Assembly: GCA_016700035.1 (NCBI GenBank)
Contig: CP064998.1
Coordinates: 662,699-726,698 of the forward strand
Direction of reading: 5' to 3'
Source: a bacterium
Lineage (GTDB): Bacteria; Patescibacteriota; Saccharimonadia; CAILAD01; GCA-016700035
DNA: 64,000 nucleotides
This document shows, one piece after another, positions 60,459 to 64,000 of this stretch; positions within the stretch are counted from its first letter, which is position 1; every line of letters begins with the position of its first letter. The notes beneath the pieces were generated by a model. The model did not search any database. It had not been told where the DNA came from and saw only the letters and a list, made by a program, of their open reading frames with translations. A program made the translations under genes and the position numbers.

Positions 60459-61476
60459 AAGCTTTCGGGATTTTTACCAAAAATGTTGTCCCCACACCTA
60501 GCTCACTATGCGCCTCGATAAACCCACCATGGGCTTCCACTATCTGTTTTGCAATCGATAAACCGATACCAAACCCCTCCACCTTCTGTTTAGTCCGACT
60601 GGTGTCAGCACGATAAAATCGTTCAAAAATGTGCTCCAGCTGACTGGCTTTTATCCCTTCCCCCTCATCTGCCACCATCATTACCGCATGCTTCCCTTCG
60701 GTATAAGTTTTTAGCCAAATTGTCTTACCAACTTGACTATATTTTACGGCATTATCCAACAAAATTACTGCTAACTCAGCTAGATTCTCCTGATCGCCTC
60801 GGCAAAAAACTCTTGCTAGCTCTGGCTCAATTTTGATCTTACGCGCTCGAGCTGGCTTATCCATTCGATCCATAGCTAGCTCGACCACATTGGCCAGATT
60901 AAGCTTTTTTACAGTCTCTAACTCACCCGCACTACGGGCTAGTCGCAATAAACCTTCAGCCAAACTGCGCACTCGTACCACCTCTTCTAGGTTACTCTTA
61001 AGCACCTCTTTAGCCTCAGCAGTAGTTAATTTACTATCACGCAGAGCCACCTCAGTTTCGGTCTGCATCACCGCCAGTGGGGTGCGTAATTCATGCGAGG
61101 CATCAGCACTAAACCGGGTTTGAGCTTCCAGTGCTTCTTCAATTGGGCGAATTGTCCGACGGGCAAAAAAGTAGCTCACACCACCACCGGCTACCAAAAT
61201 TATGATATTAAACAGCAAGAGATTAGCGCGGATATTTACTTCACCCTGACGCAGACGATCTTGGCGAAACGCATTGTAGCTATTCTCGTTGCCAAAATAT
61301 AGCGATGACCCCATCGAAGACGGTCGGCGCAAACCACGCTCTAGCTCAGATAAAGACACACGATACACAAAGATACTAAATGTTAAGCTAAGTAGCATAA
61401 TAAAGCCCAAGTACCAAGCCGTCAGCTTAAGCGCAGGCGTCCAAGTAAATGAAGGCTTTTCAACGACTTTTGTCAC
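60457..61476 (-). CDS. sensor histidine kinase
   Basis: two N-terminal TMs, H-box SHELRTPL, G-box GFGIGLSIAKQIVEAHGG. Confidence 0.85.
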   Translation of the reverse strand: MTKVVEKPSFTWTPALKLTAWYLGFIMLLSLTFSIFVYRVSLSELERGLRRPSSMGSSLYFGNENSYNAFRQDRLRQGEVNIRANLLLFNIIILVAGGGVSYFFARRTIRPIEEALEAQTRFSADASHELRTPLAVMQTETEVALRDSKLTTAEAKEVLKSNLEEVVRVRSLAEGLLRLARSAGELETVKKLNLANVVELAMDRMDKPARARKIKIEPELARVFCRGDQENLAELAVILLDNAVKYSQVGKTIWLKTYTEGKHAVMMVADEGEGIKASQLEHIFERFYRADTSRTKQKVEGFGIGLSIAKQIVEAHGGFIEAHSELGVGTTFLVKIPKA

Positions 61477-62153
61477 GCGCCCTCAACACCAATAGAGTAG
61501 CCAAAGCCACGCGCCGTATGAATAAGCTTTGGTTCCGAAAAAGGCTGATCAATTTTACGCCTGAGATAGCCAATAAAGACCTCCACATTATTTGGCAATA
61601 TATCAGCATCATATTCCCATACGTGGTCGATAATTTTTTCTTTTGAAAGCACTTGCCCTTCATTGCGCATTAAGTATTCTAAAAGCGCAAATTCTTTTGC
61701 CGAAAGCTTAATTTTTTGACCCGAGCGATGAGCCGTAAAAGCAGTTGGATTTAGCTCTAAATCGGCAATTTTTAGAATTGTATCTGTAGCCTGACTGGGA
61801 CGGCGCAAAAGGGCGTGCAGACGAGCCAAAAGCTCCTCAAACGCAAAAGGCTTAACTAAATAATCATCTGCTCCAGCATTGAGGCCGGCCACTCGATCAC
61901 GAACCTGATCTTTAGCAGTTAGCATTAAAATGGGTGTTTTATCACCGGCCTCGCGCAAGCGCCGACAAACCTCCATGCCATCCAGCTCCGGCAACATGCG
62001 GTCCAATATAATCACATCATATTCGTCAGCTTCGGCAGCCGATAAGCCAGCTTCTCCATCTAGGGCCGTCTCAACCGAAAAACGCTCCTGCTCCAAGCCT
62101 CGCTGCAGAGCTCGAGCAATCTTCTCCTCATCTTCGATAACTAAAATTTTCAT
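61473..62153 (-). CDS. OmpR-family response regulator
   Basis: receiver MKILVIEDE...D54-like ILDRMLP; winged-helix C-terminal domain. Confidence 0.9.
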   Translation of the reverse strand: MKILVIEDEEKIARALQRGLEQERFSVETALDGEAGLSAAEADEYDVIILDRMLPELDGMEVCRRLREAGDKTPILMLTAKDQVRDRVAGLNAGADDYLVKPFAFEELLARLHALLRRPSQATDTILKIADLELNPTAFTAHRSGQKIKLSAKEFALLEYLMRNEGQVLSKEKIIDHVWEYDADILPNNVEVFIGYLRRKIDQPFSEPKLIHTARGFGYSIGVEGA

Positions 62154-62247
62154 ACACCTATATTCTACTCTAAATCTGAGAAATAACTTAAATTAGCAAG
62201 CCGACCCATAATATGGGTCGGCCTATATGGTAAGACGAATTTGTTAT

Positions 62248-62760
62248 TTACTCATTCTGGTTGGGAGCATCTGACGATGGACCATCACCATGCCTCCCAC
62301 TTGGGCCATCGAGCCTGTGGCCGCGCCCACCAAACATCATGTATTCGGTTGGAATATCATTTTCTTCAGCCCACTTTTGCAACTCTTCACGTTCGGCCTT
62401 CATCACCGACCTCCGCTCTTCCTCGGTTTTATTCTTCATTTCTTCACGCTTAACTTCACGATTCAACTCGAACTCTTTCATCTTAGCAACAATCTTGTCT
62501 TTCTGCCCTAACGTTAACTCACCGGTATCTACTGCCTCCTGCAGTCGCTCCTCGGCTTTTTTTTGCCTCTCTATATGACGTGCCTCATGATTTTCATCAA
62601 TCACTTTCTGCACATCATCCTTATTTAAATTAAATTTGGTGGCAATCTGTTCGGCTAAGTTAGTACTATTTTCGCTCTGTGCAACCACCGTACCTACGCC
62701 TACTACTGAAGCTATCCCCAGAGAAGCCACTACAGTAGCTATTGCTTTCTTCTTATTCAT
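62248..62760 (-). CDS. secreted coiled-coil protein with LTXXQ motif (CpxP/Spy-like); start taken at MNKKK
   Basis: signal peptide; ELTLGQKDKIV contains LTxxQ; sits upstream of RR-HK on the same strand. Confidence 0.5.
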   Translation of the reverse strand: MNKKKAIATVVASLGIASVVGVGTVVAQSENSTNLAEQIATKFNLNKDDVQKVIDENHEARHIERQKKAEERLQEAVDTGELTLGQKDKIVAKMKEFELNREVKREEMKNKTEEERRSVMKAEREELQKWAEENDIPTEYMMFGGRGHRLDGPSGRHGDGPSSDAPNQNE

Positions 62761-62865
62761 ATATTTTCTCCGTTCAACAGTTCTAAAAATACAATGCGAA
62801 CCTGAAAAACCACTTAAGGCGCAGTAGACAAAACTCACAAAACCAACATTGTCGCCCGATCCAGG

Positions 62866-64000
62866 CTACTCATCCCTAAGCGCATCAATCGGATTGATGC
62901 GCCCTGCTCTTCGCGCAGGGAAATATGATACAACCACGCCCACCAACATCATAAATAAAGTAACCGCAAAAGGTAGCCACAATGGCACATGGAATATCGA
63001 GAATTTTTCATCAAATCCCCTGGTATGAGCGATGTTATTCATAAACACATCCAGTACGCCCCCGGCAAACATTGCAAGCACCACCCCTACAATCGAGCCA
63101 ATAAGTGACAACAAAAGACTCTCCACAATAAGCATACGACGGATGTCCCTATTGCGAAGACCAACTGCAATCATAAGCCCGATTTCGCGAGTTCGTTCTA
63201 ATAATGATATTGTCAACGTATTAAACATACCCAATATAGCAACGATCATCCCTATGGAACCAATACCAACAAGTATAGTATTTAGATATTTAAACAGCTC
63301 CTGAATTTGCGCAATTGTATCCAGTGGGCTAGAGGTTTCAAGACCGACACTTTCTATTCTCTTCCGCAAATCTGGTACCGCATCCACATTCGTGGCAAGT
63401 AATTTTACCTGCTTATATTGATCAGCATTATTGCCGGTAAATACACTGTCAGAAAAATATATTTCACTACCTGTGCCCGACTCAATAACGCCAATAACTA
63501 TACTGTCGTGGGTCTTACTTTTTGATGGATCACTATCAATTGCGTCTTCGAGCGTAATCTTCAGTTGTTTATCGATTGCCGTCTTATATTCAGTAACCCC
63601 CATGGCCTTCAAGGCTGCCGTATTCACAACGACTTCCTGTGGTTTCGACCGGTCTATGAGCCGACCGACCTCAATATCTACCTGTGACACGCCATAATAC
63701 CCGGCATCGACACCGAAGACCACACTGTCAACTTCACTTCCATCCAGGCTGATCTTTCCCGAACCGGCGTAGAGCCCACCAATTTTATCAACATTAGGTA
63801 AGTGCCTTATTTTTTGAAGACTATCCGAGTTTAATTTTACGATGTCACTATTAGCACTCGTGACATCAACCGTCTTTACCGACTGATTGCCAATCACCTG
63901 ATGTGTGACTAAATTCTGCAAACCCAATCCTAATGATAGCAAGAAGAAAATTGAACCAAGCCCAATAACCACACCCCCGACGGTCAATAGAGTACGCAAT
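62866..64000 (-). CDS. ABC transporter permease, MacB/FtsX-like; N-terminus runs off the window
   Basis: TM1, large periplasmic domain, then 3 C-terminal TMs ending PIDALRDE. The apparent start at 63999 is a TTG artefact of the window edge. Confidence 0.65.
   Translation of the reverse strand, partial: LRTLLTVGGVVIGLGSIFFLLSLGLGLQNLVTHQVIGNQSVKTVDVTSANSDIVKLNSDSLQKIRHLPNVDKIGGLYAGSGKISLDGSEVDSVVFGVDAGYYGVSQVDIEVGRLIDRSKPQEVVVNTAALKAMGVTEYKTAIDKQLKITLEDAIDSDPSKSKTHDSIVIGVIESGTGSEIYFSDSVFTGNNADQYKQVKLLATNVDAVPDLRKRIESVGLETSSPLDTIAQIQELFKYLNTILVGIGSIGMIVAILGMFNTLTISLLERTREIGLMIAVGLRNRDIRRMLIVESLLLSLIGSIVGVVLAMFAGGVLDVFMNNIAHTRGFDEKFSIFHVPLWLPFAVTLFMMLVGVVVSYFPARRAGRINPIDALRDE

Overview
The window reads like a small-genome, Gram-positive-type bacterium with about 48% G+C by eye. 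The short 816-aa SMC, the 636-aa AlaRS that lacks a C-terminal domain, and many tiny membrane and secreted proteins make Patescibacteria/Saccharibacteria plausible; that assignment is inference. Most of the window is a minus-strand housekeeping backbone: KH protein, rpsP, smc, rnc, nusB, rpmF, leuS, murF, ddl, obg, mltG, ruvX, alaS, mnmA (frameshifted), cysteine desulfurase, tatD, metG, rsmA, typA, pcrA/uvrD, ppa, tpiA and pyk. There are several cell-wall remodelling genes (LysM-CHAP hydrolase, Rpf/YabE-like, MltG, transglutaminase-like). A two-component system with an LTXXQ periplasmic protein and an ABC permease sits at the 3' edge. The unusual content, most interesting first:
- A G+C-rich, third-position C/G-biased region (8.15-12.4 kb) is built around a canonical tmRNA gene. 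It holds small secreted/lipoprotein genes and about 1.1 kb of ORF-free structured DNA.
- Immediately beside it is an ORF-free transcript of about 420 nt. It has a perfect TTGACA-17-TATAAT promoter and a canonical terminator. I could not assign it to a known RNA family.
- Many further single-gene high-GC cassettes are scattered between housekeeping genes. Each has a local AT-rich promoter and a GC-stem terminator, which suggests repeated acquisition from a high-GC donor.
- A 359-aa intein is inserted in helicase motif III of PcrA/UvrD.
- tRNA-Ala(GGC) is followed by 115-bp tandem repeats that duplicate the tRNA 5' end plus its promoter. A degenerate tRNA 3'-half copy 2 kb away sits next to an IS-like HTH fragment, which suggests a decayed integrative element.
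- mnmA is frameshifted.
- Long untranslated leaders lie upstream of two cell-wall hydrolase genes.
No CRISPR array, rRNA or intact transposase was seen.
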